Source: an uncultured virus (IMG/VR IMGVR_UViG_3300021091_000023)
Lineage: Duplodnaviria; Heunggongvirae; Uroviricota; Caudoviricetes
IMG/VR virus record: IMGVR_UViG_3300021091_000023
Length of the DNA: 64,000 bases
Strand: one strand, 5' to 3'
Both the position numbers and the translations under genes were made by a program. Positions 40,801 through 47,642 of the stretch are shown here, one piece after another (position 1 is the stretch's first letter; each line of letters begins with the position of its first letter). The notes below the pieces were generated by a model. The model saw only the letters and a program-made list of their open reading frames with translations. It did no database searches and was not told the DNA's origin.

Positions 40801-41494
40801 TGTCGAAGAAACCACACCGACAATTTTAGATCCAGAAAGAGCAGCTGAAAGAGAAAATTTAGTACCAAACGATAACGAACAATGTCAAATAAAAATTATT
40901 GAAAAATATAAAACATTAGAAGAAGACCCTATTAGACGAGGTACTATGACGTTTGAAGATTTAAAAAATTTAATAAACGAAAACGTATCTTTAGATAGGT
41001 CAATAAAAACACTTTTATTTACTATTGTCATAACTAGAACAACAAATTTAGTTCAAAATGAGTTAATACAAATATTAAATAATAACTTAACTGAAGTTAG
41101 GGCAACAAACGAATGGCCCGATAGATCCGATCTAAACAAGTGGGTTTGTTATAATAATGGAGTTGAGGCTGTACCATATTTTTCTTTTGATCAACTTAAA
41201 GACTCGATATTATTAACAAGAGATTGGTTCAAAAATGTATTACCTATTATATCAGAATTGAACGCATTAAATAAACAAGTTAATTTAACTCAAGAAGAAG
41301 TTGAACAAATAACATTATCACAAGCAATAATTTCATATTGGGACACAATTTTAGGTTTTGGACCACCACCATTAAGTGCAAACGAAATAAAAACAATTAT
41401 AGATACAAACTTACAAAATGAGAGGTTACCAAAAGTAGCCTTTGACAATTATAAATATAACGTTAAAAGGGCTCAAAAGTATTTTCCATTTTAA
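34802..41494 (+). CDS. Large baseplate hub-like protein
   Basis: 2230 aa; LGNVMIQP.MYFNL..VP.F.G.Y.I.KVKHTI..G.F.TSF.G.R resembles a gp27/hub C-terminus. Confidence 0.55.
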   Translation: MADSLNQKSIYVETDYDNIILIDPNKIVVDNKVKDRLVDHEELVFYANLETKVIPRTKLAIGESFDSPVINSSIASLVGKSDGTSINFLQPIGKKKYFDTSWSDQLTGSGAREGKGFNQIRESKQNKDGKSVFVRDVSNYNDTQTLGIKDITIDISGINSTQVKINLVDVQGRTLFEQGEKSIYSVFFNLPYPLFYLTLKGYYGKAIKYALNLTKFNASFDQRTGNYDISLTLIGRNTGLLTDTLLTYAKTAPKMTPTTLQQQSTVSNAPGQQFSNLEILDSSIGEQTMYEVYKIYKSKGLIDKDFPEISIDEFIDSADTFVTKMQDGIKQGDFAVLSDVSKFRGVLTDIKNKVFTLSKNKFLDLNNYIFYKGQIHYTFKNTVDYTKRKELISGIETEINDANKNLKANKSFGDNAEYVVAGNTYREGIVVTLDPKDVIEQIAISSFTDLDLENTLTKRLGRTPTPDEVSKFKIQTLQDIEIFSKKIDDNTGDLVDDTPTFFRFGEVDFGTNTYLANSFLDDINNGLNKIKTREEKIEQQFTDLLAKKITSEDGGLGFSPTIRNIFAILLAGVDTFYRLMDKTHKLAWDQRTNPKRLLSIIPADKNFGIDSKNVINGTGQLNDKNVVYPWPTYFTKERDPKDKSGREKYILNYVADPKYVDLTNGYDYTTWPEVAFLEDYINAQTRRSQTNKRKKYNNNKNASPFGSCNTLDFPFEVLPYENVSEVSFFYEIYERLYSLVNYTNLYRGNYKTNQVDKFLSDLEAKNIIFGSEDSLLLKEKLKNFKFNLQQFESFLENTDKNTWEVSKRDLFVTDYVENSIKKDYGIYALSEIDGRSISLENSSPLIKEFDKYLKSTEHNVYNFLDTEPVSLNNDYTDIGKSLIFLDDKKTLARLNESDTVKNISMISWYDNKRFANQNLKILTRDNTDKIIDLTSLQQYYDVDVPTEVIGNTVITQYPSTKWNVTEQYLGYEPTTYSGLVSTIQSTSLLNTPYFINSILNGVEKEKNKESNPYVPTGFLFLYSLPVEDISNPALYDIDKEETLGNFYGQVRKFSAIHQVPYSFILKMGAFWHRYKTYHTTGVDILDECWKDFDYKKYYDPINNDLTKVYKIKTYDGNDEDFTAYRNIVEVINIPNEEDEEESGTSGTSGSSGTSGSSGTSGSSGTSGSSGTSGSSGTSGSSGTSGSSGTSGSSGTSGSSGTSGSSGGGNGYTTIYKEFDIFNYGFYPKLINDFQYFFTKKDLIKNYTEQEIKKIFEKGKIKLGNNTNSSFYMPTSGDINNENRSIINNSYFEYLIFDKDSLIDQSNKVYMMIPSCGGIPFNQANYECFTIDKKLNQEVKDNSSIYNGTIRSFWGCSQFGYFDNNSLKKPSIFEELNYLGTDYQSVTQIFSAFDKSKLDDFESLFLQFCEPNPITTNSIIQNENTIEKTRNSGLKQLKFVLKDLFTIKESELTLSNQQNNDGELLAQKQVFNLTQKIKTFSKYDLILKIGNSGQFDRRLFGSLANNTSLKPQNPIVPIGNGYKKGTLPGDGTSVNLLQSKVSNKDAWESLYLNVGFYVKDISFEGVEYSTYTDTGSTIFDFFIDNNIEFNKSNVEVYSKLIKIYSTQKNKKLLNNETYGNTEFISELETFLLEKNKILDDSVVEVFTYLNKNLPTVTVNNKNTKSTLDGNVSKLSIYNTFQAFNDKWIAGSDLTTRTIFEDFLFHDPANHDIGDELQVDVLAIKDMLKNSDPATDILLIIGSILKSAGDLLFFSMPAYINFYGINNATKTPNPQNIDVPNSLFGTWTNVNYLDSRPKFLCVYVGKESERPVSKENEFMLYADDSFDLRNPTTNPNRIEVDKQNISLSNKVVAFNVDFGIRNQNMFTNINVNMNDKKPTNATFLVNDQLANGVNGDKIAQQTTSLYSLYKSMSYSCTVESLGNVMIQPLMYFNLRHVPLFYGPYYIYKVKHTIREGEFKTSFDGSRMPKYALPQPDSLGTFIKINYLENFKSEILKAGSDTVVEETTPTILDPERAAERENLVPNDNEQCQIKIIEKYKTLEEDPIRRGTMTFEDLKNLINENVSLDRSIKTLLFTIVITRTTNLVQNELIQILNNNLTEVRATNEWPDRSDLNKWVCYNNGVEAVPYFSFDQLKDSILLTRDWFKNVLPIISELNALNKQVNLTQEEVEQITLSQAIISYWDTILGFGPPPLSANEIKTIIDTNLQNERLPKVAFDNYKYNVKRAQKYFPF
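38237..38416 (+). repeat. 18-bp tandem repeat x10 encoding (GTSGSS)10
   Basis: Seven ggtactagcggttcttca units followed by three ggaact... units. Confidence 0.95.
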
Positions 41495-41532
41495 TTTTTT
41501 ACTTCTTTGATATATTTATATATAAAAAAGTT

Positions 41533-41757
41533 ATGAGCGTAAAAAAATTACTTGATGATTATCTTAGAAAGGATACTAAGATTACGGAAAAACAAATAGA
41601 CCCTGACCATAAACAAGTTTGTGATTTGGATACAGGTGAATGTTATACCGTTAGAATGAAAGACGGTCTTATTGAAAGATTCGACAACACAATGAAGACT
41701 AATAGAACATTAAGAGTTGAAACACCACAAGGAGTTAAAACATTATTAAACGGGTAA
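41533..41757 (+). CDS. Hypothetical protein
   Basis: 74 aa with VCDLDTGECY; TATTTAT upstream. Confidence 0.7.
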   Translation: MSVKKLLDDYLRKDTKITEKQIDPDHKQVCDLDTGECYTVRMKDGLIERFDNTMKTNRTLRVETPQGVKTLLNG

Positions 41758-41768
41758 AAAAAAATTAA

Positions 41769-42446
41769 ATGATTTCAGAAAAAAAGATTTTAGAAGAATT
41801 AAGAAGATTTAATGAAATAAATAAATATATTCTTAATGAACAAGAACCACCCCCACCCCCACCACCAGCAGGAGATGCGGGAGCAGTGCCGCCACCTCCA
41901 GCAGGAGATGCGGGTGCACCACCACCCCCACCACCAGCAGGAGATGCGGGAGCACCACCAGCAGGAGGCGCTGAAGAAATCCCTGAGCCTGTTGATGTTG
42001 CAAATGATCCCGATGTTGAAGAGGTCGATACAGAAGAGAAAAAAGAAGGTGAAGAAGAAACTGAAGAAATCGATATCACTGATTTAATTACCGCACAACA
42101 AGAAATTAAAGATAAACAAGATACCTTTATGGATGATATGTTTAAGAGATTAGACGATTTACAATCAAAACTTGAAAACATGGATCAAATTATGAGTAAG
42201 ATTAGTTCGTTAGAAACTAAATTTGACAGGTACAGAGAAAAAACACCTGAAGAAAGATTAGAACTTAGGTCTTTAGATTCATACCCATACAATCAAAAAC
42301 TTACAGACTTTTTTGATGATAAAAAAGTAGATATGGAAAAAACAGGTAAGAATGAATATATTTTAACATCTGACGAGGTTGAAAATTTTTCACCTAATGA
42401 AATTAAAAAAACTTTTAATAGTTACAACAACGAAGAGGAAATGTAA
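41769..42446 (+). CDS. Pro-rich, acidic coiled-coil protein (possible prohead core/scaffold)
   Basis: Leader ending ILNEQ, three poly-Pro-AGDAGA repeats, an acidic tract and a coiled coil. Confidence 0.55.
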   Translation: MISEKKILEELRRFNEINKYILNEQEPPPPPPPAGDAGAVPPPPAGDAGAPPPPPPAGDAGAPPAGGAEEIPEPVDVANDPDVEEVDTEEKKEGEEETEEIDITDLITAQQEIKDKQDTFMDDMFKRLDDLQSKLENMDQIMSKISSLETKFDRYREKTPEERLELRSLDSYPYNQKLTDFFDDKKVDMEKTGKNEYILTSDEVENFSPNEIKKTFNSYNNEEEM

Positions 42447-42453
42447 AAATAAT

Positions 42454-42478
42454 AAGGGACCAACAAGGTCCCTTTTTT
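42454..42478 (+). terminator. Rho-independent terminator
   Basis: AAGGGACC-aacaa-GGTCCCTT followed by a T-run. Confidence 0.85.
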
Positions 42479-42480
42479 AT

Positions 42481-42508
42481 TTGACATTCTAACAAAATCA
42501 CTTATAAT
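42481..42508 (+). promoter_or_regulatory. Promoter of the replication operon
   Basis: TTGACA-N16-TATAAT directly after the terminator. Confidence 0.65.
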
Positions 42509-42547
42509 TGTTATAGATAAAAGAGTTAAAAATTAAAAACAAAATCT

Positions 42548-43402
42548 ATGGCAAATTCAATTGACGCAGTACTAGCACAGTACGAAAAGAATTCACAACC
42601 AAGTGGTTCACAGAGACAAAACATCTCACAAGAAGACAGAATGAAAAAGTATTTTTCAGCAATTCTTCAAAAAAATGAAAAATCAGCACAAAAAAGAATT
42701 AGAGTGTTACCTACAAAAGATGGTTCTTCACCATTTGTTGAGGTTTGGTATCATGAGATTCAAGTTAATGGGCAATGGGTTAAGTTGTACGACCCTGAAA
42801 AAAATGACAACGAAAGATCCCCTTTAACAGAAGTTTATAATGAACTTATTTCAACAGGTAAAAAAGAAGATAAAGAATTGGCTTCACAATACCGTTCACG
42901 TTTATTTTACATCGTAAAGGTTATTGATAGAAATAACGAACAAGATGGTGTTAAATTTTGGAGATTCAAACACAATTACAAACAAGAAGGTGTGTTAGAT
43001 AAAATTCTCCCTATTTGGAAAGCAAAAGGTGACGTAACTGATTCAGAAAAAGGTAGAGACCTTATTATTGAACTTATTAAAGCAAAAACACCACAAGGTA
43101 AAGAGTATACAGTTGTTCAAACAATTATGTATGACGATCCAGCACCATTACACACAGATAAAGAAATTATGGAAGGTTGGTTACAAGATGAGTTAACTTG
43201 GAAAGATGTTTATTCTAAAAAACCTGTCGAGTATTTAGAGGCGGTTGCAGTTGGGGAGACACCTATGTGGAACTCTGAACTTAAAAAATATGTTTACGGT
43301 GAAGAAGCAGAAATCTCATTAGGTGGTGGAACACAAAAAGAAGAAACACATATTGTTGACCCACAAGCGGATGAAGATCCATCAGAAGAATTACCTTTTT
43401 AA
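42548..43402 (+). CDS. Single-stranded DNA-binding protein (gp32-like)
   Basis: IRVLP, PF.EVWYH, VKVIDR...GVKFWRF, GRDL.I, and an acidic tail ending EELPF. Confidence 0.8.
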   Translation: MANSIDAVLAQYEKNSQPSGSQRQNISQEDRMKKYFSAILQKNEKSAQKRIRVLPTKDGSSPFVEVWYHEIQVNGQWVKLYDPEKNDNERSPLTEVYNELISTGKKEDKELASQYRSRLFYIVKVIDRNNEQDGVKFWRFKHNYKQEGVLDKILPIWKAKGDVTDSEKGRDLIIELIKAKTPQGKEYTVVQTIMYDDPAPLHTDKEIMEGWLQDELTWKDVYSKKPVEYLEAVAVGETPMWNSELKKYVYGEEAEISLGGGTQKEETHIVDPQADEDPSEELPF

Positions 43403-43413
43403 TTCAAAATATT

Positions 43414-43698
43414 ATGAATAAGATATCAGAAAAAATGTATGAAGCCCTGACCTTGAAATATAGGTCAGAAATGGCTGAAGTGGAGGCAACACTTTTAATT
43501 TACTTCAATAATTCTGTCGGTATTGGAGAACATCCTCAACATTTAGAGGAAATGGATAAGCTTGTTGAAAAAATGACAAACGCAAAAGATAAACTTGAAA
43601 TGTTGGAAACAGTATACAAATACAATGTCAAAAGAGAGGACAAGTTTGAAGTAACAGAAGACATGTTAAAAGTTTTGAATGAACAAAAAGTGGAATGA
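43414..43698 (+). CDS. Conserved phage hypothetical protein
   Basis: IYFNNSVGIGEHP motif. Confidence 0.65.
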   Translation: MNKISEKMYEALTLKYRSEMAEVEATLLIYFNNSVGIGEHPQHLEEMDKLVEKMTNAKDKLEMLETVYKYNVKREDKFEVTEDMLKVLNEQKVE

Positions 43699-43699
43699 G

Positions 43700-44707
43700 A
43701 TGGCAATTAAAAAAAATGATTTTAGTTCATTAAAAAAAAAGTTTTCCACATCTGCAAAATATAAACCACAAAGGTTTTTTGATTTAGGAGAACCTTTTTT
43801 AGATGCGGTTGGTTTACCTGGACCTGCAATGGGGCACATCAATATGTTTTTAGGACATAGTGATACAGGTAAAACCACGGCTTTAATTAAAACTGCGGTT
43901 GATGCACAAAAGAAAGGAATTCTTCCTGTGTTTATTATTACTGAACAAAAATGGTCTTTTGAACACGCGAAACTTATGGGATTTGAATGTGAGGAAGTTG
44001 TTGATACTGAAACAGGAGAGTTAGAGTGGGACGGATTTTATATATTTAATAATAACTTTGACTACATTGAACAAATTACAGATTACATTAATGATTTGTT
44101 AGATGCACAAGAAAAAGGTGATTTAGATTATTCACTTTGTATTATGTGGGATTCTGTTGGTTCTGTTCCTTGTAAGATGACCTATGAAGGTAAAGGAGGT
44201 AAACAACACAATGCAAGTGTTTTGGCCGACAAGATTGGTATGGGAATCAACCAAAGAATATCAGGTTCACGAAAAGCGGATTCAAAATATGAAAACACTT
44301 TGATTATTGTGAATCAGCCTTGGGTAGAATTACCTGATAATCCATTTGGTCAACCTAAGATCAAGGCAAAAGGTGGAGAGGCTATTTGGTTAAACTCATC
44401 CTTAGTTTTCTTGTTTGGAAATCAAAAAGGCGCAGGGACAACAAAGATTACAGCAACAAAAGACAAAAGAACTGTAAAGTTTGCATCAAGGACAAAAGTA
44501 TCTGTAATGAAAAACCACATCAACGGACTCGGTTTTGAGGATGGTAAAATTATCGTAACACCACATGGGTTTTTACCAGGTAAAGAAGCATCTGAAGAAA
44601 AGGCATCCATTGAACAATACAAAAAAGATTATGCTGAGTATTGGAAAGAAATCATTGGTGTTGATGGTGACTTTGATCTAAAAGCAGAAAAAGAAGAAGT
44701 AGAATAG
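43700..44707 (+). CDS. uvsX: RecA/UvsX recombinase
   Basis: Walker A GHSDTGKTT, Walker B WDSVGS, IIVNQ, KGGEA, KNH. Probable start is ATG 43700. Confidence 0.88.
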   Translation: MAIKKNDFSSLKKKFSTSAKYKPQRFFDLGEPFLDAVGLPGPAMGHINMFLGHSDTGKTTALIKTAVDAQKKGILPVFIITEQKWSFEHAKLMGFECEEVVDTETGELEWDGFYIFNNNFDYIEQITDYINDLLDAQEKGDLDYSLCIMWDSVGSVPCKMTYEGKGGKQHNASVLADKIGMGINQRISGSRKADSKYENTLIIVNQPWVELPDNPFGQPKIKAKGGEAIWLNSSLVFLFGNQKGAGTTKITATKDKRTVKFASRTKVSVMKNHINGLGFEDGKIIVTPHGFLPGKEASEEKASIEQYKKDYAEYWKEIIGVDGDFDLKAEKEEVE

Positions 44708-44731
44708 TAAGAACCCTGTAAGTTTACAGAA

Positions 44732-45739
44732 ATGACAAAAACCCTATTAGTAGACGGGAATAATTTATTAAAAATTGGTTTTCACGGAGTTAAAGATTAC
44801 TTTAACGGTACTGAACACGTAGGAGGTATTTGGCATTTCCTTAACACATTACGTAGGTTTATAAACGAAGAAAACTTCAACAAGGTTGTTGTATTTTGGG
44901 ACGGAGAACTTTCAACATCCCAACGAAGATTACTCTACCCAAAATACAAACTTAACCGAAAAGGCGTAACAGATGACTTCAAAGAAGAATCATTTGGAAA
45001 ACAAAAACAAAGAGTAAAACAATACTTGGAGGAAATGTTTGTTAGACAAATTGAATTTGAAAATTCTGAAGCGGACGACCTAATCGCCTATTATTGTAAA
45101 ATAGCTAAAGACGAATCTAAAACCATTTTTAGTGGTGATAGAGACCTCACACAACTTATCTCGGAAGACGTAACCCTTTATTCACCTAATACCAAAAAGT
45201 ATTATAAGAATGGAGATAAAATCAAAATACATGAAATAGAGATTCCCCACTACAATGTTAAAACATATAAGATATTATCTGGTGATAAATCGGATAATAT
45301 AGATGGTATCTATTACTTAGGTGAAAAAACATTAATCAAACTATTTCCTGAGATACTTGATAAAGAGGTTAGTTTTTCGGATATTTTACAAAAAAGTGAA
45401 AAATTACTAAAAGAACAAAAAGATAATACCGTCTTAAAAAACCTATTAACAGGTAAAACAAAAGAAGGTATTTTTGGTGACGAGTTTTTTGAAATCAATA
45501 AAAAGATTGTGGATTTATCGGAACCACTTATCAGTGAAGAAGGAAAAGAATTAGTTGAATTATATTACTCTGAGTCATTGGATCCTGACGGAAGAGGATA
45601 TAAGAACTTAATTCGGATGATGATGGATGACGGATTATTTAAATACCTACCAAAAGGGGATGAACAGTGGGTATATTTTTTAAAACCATTTTTAAAGTTA
45701 ACAAGAAAAGAAAAAACAAAGTTTAAAACAAAAAAGTAA
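44732..45739 (+). CDS. 5'-3' exonuclease / flap endonuclease (T4 RNase H-like)
   Basis: LLVDGNN, YKLNR, EADDLIA, SGDRDLTQL, GDKSDNIDGI..LGEKT. Confidence 0.92.
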   Translation: MTKTLLVDGNNLLKIGFHGVKDYFNGTEHVGGIWHFLNTLRRFINEENFNKVVVFWDGELSTSQRRLLYPKYKLNRKGVTDDFKEESFGKQKQRVKQYLEEMFVRQIEFENSEADDLIAYYCKIAKDESKTIFSGDRDLTQLISEDVTLYSPNTKKYYKNGDKIKIHEIEIPHYNVKTYKILSGDKSDNIDGIYYLGEKTLIKLFPEILDKEVSFSDILQKSEKLLKEQKDNTVLKNLLTGKTKEGIFGDEFFEINKKIVDLSEPLISEEGKELVELYYSESLDPDGRGYKNLIRMMMDDGLFKYLPKGDEQWVYFLKPFLKLTRKEKTKFKTKK

Positions 45740-45743
45740 AATT

Positions 45744-46196
45744 ATGAAAGAGCAGAATGATGTAACAAAGGTTGAGTTTCTAATTACACTTAACAACAAT
45801 TTTGTGGTTCAAAGATTCTTTAATGTAAAAGGGTATGTAGAAAAGGCTGAAAAATCAGTTGATTTGTATGACTACATTAAGTATCTATCTGAGTCACTTC
45901 AAACAAAATTAAAAAACAAGTGTATGGTTTATATGTTAGACAACAGATACCAAATTGAAGAAGACTCAAGCGTTTTAGAAACATCAAACACAGACGGACC
46001 CGAAGTATTTAATATTATTTTAAAGGTCGGAAATAAGACAATTTGTCATAGGGTAATTGATGCGAAATTGTACCCACCAAAGGTAAGATATACGCTGGAT
46101 ATACGACCAGACATAAAAAACATTTTAAGAGAATTGACTGACATTTTATCAGACAAAAATTTATCTTACAACTATCTTAATTATTCGTTCGCTTAA
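45744..46196 (+). CDS. Hypothetical protein
   Basis: 150-aa ORF in the replication operon. Confidence 0.7.
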   Translation: MKEQNDVTKVEFLITLNNNFVVQRFFNVKGYVEKAEKSVDLYDYIKYLSESLQTKLKNKCMVYMLDNRYQIEEDSSVLETSNTDGPEVFNIILKVGNKTICHRVIDAKLYPPKVRYTLDIRPDIKNILRELTDILSDKNLSYNYLNYSFA

Positions 46197-46234
46197 CTAT
46201 ATTTATCTAAAACAAGGAACAAAATCTAAACATT

Positions 46235-47617
46235 ATGTCAGACAAAAAAAACTTCGGATACTTAGGAAATACTTTTCAAATTCAATTACTAAACAACATA
46301 ATTACTTACAAAGATTTCTCTAATTCCATCATTCAAGTTATTGATCCTCATTATTTTGATAACCAATATTTTAAGATTATTTGTCAAATGATCAAAGAAT
46401 ATTATTCAAAATATGAGCATACACCGACATTTGATACCCTTGAACAATTGACTAAGTCAGAAATCAGTTCACCGATGGCTCAAAAGAGCATTTTAGACAC
46501 ATTAGATCAGGTTAAGAACGTTTCAGACGAGGGTTCAATATTTGTTCAAGAAAAGTCTCTTAAATTCTGTAAACAACAAGAACTCCAAAAAGTAATGACC
46601 AAGGCTCAATCAATCATCGATAAAGGTGATTTCGAGAGTTATGATAAGTTAGAAGAAATGGTAAGGGGAGCACTTCAAGTTGGTGAAGTAGATAAGGGAA
46701 CTACTGATGTATTTTTTAACCTTGATGAGGTATTGGATGAGGATTATAGACACCCAATTCCAATTGGTGTACCTGGTATTGACAACCTACTAAAAGGTGG
46801 TCTCGCTAAAGGTGAAATCGGTGTTATTTTAGCACCAACCGGTGTTGGTAAATCCACGTTCACAACAAAGATTGCTAACCACGCATTTAACTTAGGGTAT
46901 AATGTTCTTCAGATATTTTTTGAAGACAACCCAAAAATTATCCAAAGAAAACACTTTACACTTTGGACAGGAATACACCCTGACGATCTTTCTGAAAATA
47001 GAAAAGAGGTAACAGAAAAAGTAAAAGAACTTCAATCATCTAGAAAAAACAAATTGATATTGAAAAAATTACCTTCTGATACTGTGACTATGAATCAGAT
47101 TAAAAATCAAATAAGAAAGATGGTTGCTGAAGGGATAAAAATTGATATGGTTATTTTAGACTATATTGATTGTGTGGTTCCTGACAGAGCATTAGGTGAT
47201 GAATGGAAGAGTGAAGGATCAGTAATGCGAGGATTTGAAGCGATGTGTCATGAGTTGGATATTGCGGGATGGACTGCAACACAAGGTAACAGAAATTCAA
47301 TATCATCGGAGGTTGTAACAACAGATCAGATGGGTGGTTCTATTAAAAAGGCACAAGTTGGACACGTTATTATTACGGTCGCAAAATCATTACAACAAAA
47401 AGAAATGAACTTGGCAACAATTGCAATCACAAAATCAAGGATCGGTAAAGATGGAATTATATTTGAAAATTGTAAGTTCGATAACGGTATGTTAGAAATA
47501 GATACAGAACAAAGTGTGACATTCTTAGGTCACGAAGAACAAAAAGAAGAAAAGAATAGGAACAGAATAAAAGAACTGTTGGAAAGAAAAAAACAAAAAG
47601 AACAACAAGAATCTTAA
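46235..47617 (+). CDS. dnaB: DnaB/gp41-like replicative helicase
   Basis: APTGVGKS, FFED, ILDYIDCV, WTATQGNR, KSRIG. Confidence 0.92.
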   Translation: MSDKKNFGYLGNTFQIQLLNNIITYKDFSNSIIQVIDPHYFDNQYFKIICQMIKEYYSKYEHTPTFDTLEQLTKSEISSPMAQKSILDTLDQVKNVSDEGSIFVQEKSLKFCKQQELQKVMTKAQSIIDKGDFESYDKLEEMVRGALQVGEVDKGTTDVFFNLDEVLDEDYRHPIPIGVPGIDNLLKGGLAKGEIGVILAPTGVGKSTFTTKIANHAFNLGYNVLQIFFEDNPKIIQRKHFTLWTGIHPDDLSENRKEVTEKVKELQSSRKNKLILKKLPSDTVTMNQIKNQIRKMVAEGIKIDMVILDYIDCVVPDRALGDEWKSEGSVMRGFEAMCHELDIAGWTATQGNRNSISSEVVTTDQMGGSIKKAQVGHVIITVAKSLQQKEMNLATIAITKSRIGKDGIIFENCKFDNGMLEIDTEQSVTFLGHEEQKEEKNRNRIKELLERKKQKEQQES

Positions 47618-47642
47618 AATAAATTATTAAATTTGAATAAAA

